From Chrysomallon squamiferum (taxonomy: Eukaryota; Animalia; Mollusca), in the NCBI GenBank assembly GCA_012295275.1, contig CM022669.1:5208001-5272000 (forward strand): a DNA stretch of 64,000 nt, written 5' to 3'. A program made the translations under genes and the position numbers. This document shows, piece after piece, positions 62,376 through 64,000 of the stretch (within the stretch, counting starts at the first letter, position 1; the number at the start of each line of letters is the position of its first letter). The notes under the pieces were generated by a model. It did not search any database and had not been told where the DNA came from. It worked only from the letters and a program-made list of their open reading frames with translations.

Positions 62376-63763
62376 ACTAATATATATATATACAATTTAG
62401 ACACACACATATACGCACATATACAAGAACCTATATCTGTGTATGACAGAACGAATAAGGGATAAGGACAAAAAATGAGGCAGAGATGAAAAACAAATAT
62501 TTTTATTACTACTACTACTACTACTACTTCTACTACTACTACTTTTTCAGTCATGGCGATGAAACATTGTTTGGCCGAATTATCCTAGAAAGTCTAGGTT
62601 ACTGTACAGGTAATTGTGTAATCGGGTATAATAAATGTAATATAACAAACCCAGTCAGCTCTAAGCTTGCTTTATTCGAGCATTGAACTTCGGATTGGTC
62701 GTGTCGCCTTGTGTCGCAAAAATAAAGGTAAAAATTTATATTAAAGATTTAAATAGCTTTTTTTCTATAATGTAATACTGTAATACAGTCTATAACACAG
62801 ACAACAATATTAGCAAAGTTAAATTACGTTCTTTATTTAAAAGTAAAAATTAAATTAAATTTCGGTTAAATTAAATTAAAAATCAGTTTCGGTTTAATGC
62901 CGAATATAAATGTATTTCTGTTAAAGTTAGATACGTAATTTAACAATACTAAATAATATTATAGAAGATAATCGATATTGTTATTTTTCCCTTTTAAAAA
63001 GTTTTTTTAGTGAGGTTCAGAATTGCATCTTTAATACACATATATTTGTTTATATCTCGTTTATATTTATGTCAAATCCAAGCACTCATGGAGATGAGCA
63101 GATATAATTTGTTCTTATTATAGTAATTACTCTCGGCGGCAAGACAAATAGAGATACAATTATTATAAAAGTAATATTTGTGTATATGTACATATGTTTG
63201 TGTGTCTGTCTGTCTGTCTCTGTGTGTGTGTCTCTGTGTGTATTTGTAAACACACAGATGTTTGTGTATATGTATACGTGTGTGAGAAAGTGATAAAGAG
63301 AAAGGAAGACAGAAAGAGAAAACGAAAAGGAGAGTATATCAGGTATAGGTTTATGAGAGAGCATTTCTTAAAGAAACCTGAGTAGCCTAATATTACAGAA
63401 CGTTAGTGAGACTGCACTGTTATAAATGTTCAGTGACCATATTAAAACACAGATCGCTTTGTGGATTAACTAGAGATTATAACTTACTACCTGGCATACA
63501 ATATACTGTAATATAAGCCTAACTTGTTCAATGGCAAGGAATACAAATAAAACAAAGGCTCAAATCCACGAATATGCTTAATGAATAATTTGTATTTGTA
63601 TTCGTTTACTTTTTTTTTATAAAATCTCTAATTTGTAAATTTAGATAGCAAAGGACTCAGAAATTCTTTACTTACTTCATCGTATTTATACCGAACGAAT
63701 TTTCATTTCTTAAAATTTATAATTGCAAGGGCAGTAACTCTGATTACATTAATTGAAACGTCG

Positions 63764-63970
63764 ATGGCTCAGTCTGATTCAGCTTCTCGACCTAGTAGCA
63801 GACAACCATGGGGAACCATCCTGAAGCCAGATTTTGGTCTGGGACATCAAAAACTGGACGTTTATCACGTGGGGCAGATGGTGGAAAGGTTATCGCAAGT
63901 TCCAGAGACTAAGCATGCACAGTTTGACAGACCAAAGAAAGAAATGTCGCAAGATGAAATAAACGAAATG
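63764..63970 (+). CDS. Probable first coding exon of an unidentified protein
   Basis: Non-repetitive, GC-richer ORF MAQSDSASRPSSRQPWG...QMVERLSQ...EINEM followed by donor-like ATG|GTAACT; could alternatively be a short ORF ending at 63994. Confidence 0.55.
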
Positions 63971-64000
63971 GTAACTGCTAGACTAGAACGCTAATATTTA

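Overview
AT-rich, intron-rich animal genomic DNA, probably molluscan/lophotrochozoan (inferred from gene content and repeat style, not proven). Left ~45 kb is a dense, CpG-depleted block of mostly housekeeping genes: a partial F-box gene (-), TTI2 (+, with a 1-nt frameshift), intronless ZIP/SLC39A zinc transporter (-), RPL17 (-, 5'TOP), MAP2K1/MEK (+), ZMYND15-like (-) and AK6 (+). Right ~19 kb is CpG-richer and holds three tandem secreted 3xCBM14 chitin-binding genes (-) and the probable first exon of an unknown gene. Main signals beyond the genes: (1) at least seven paralogous box H/ACA snoRNAs in two RPL17 introns, sharing one scaffold but with different guide pockets; (2) duplicated, phase-enforced mutually exclusive exons in the MEK proline-rich insert, embedded in nested and possibly competing long-range RNA helices; (3) several minisatellites whose unit contains a real exon-intron junction, giving arrays of decoy splice sites. 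All exon boundaries and pairings were read by eye.
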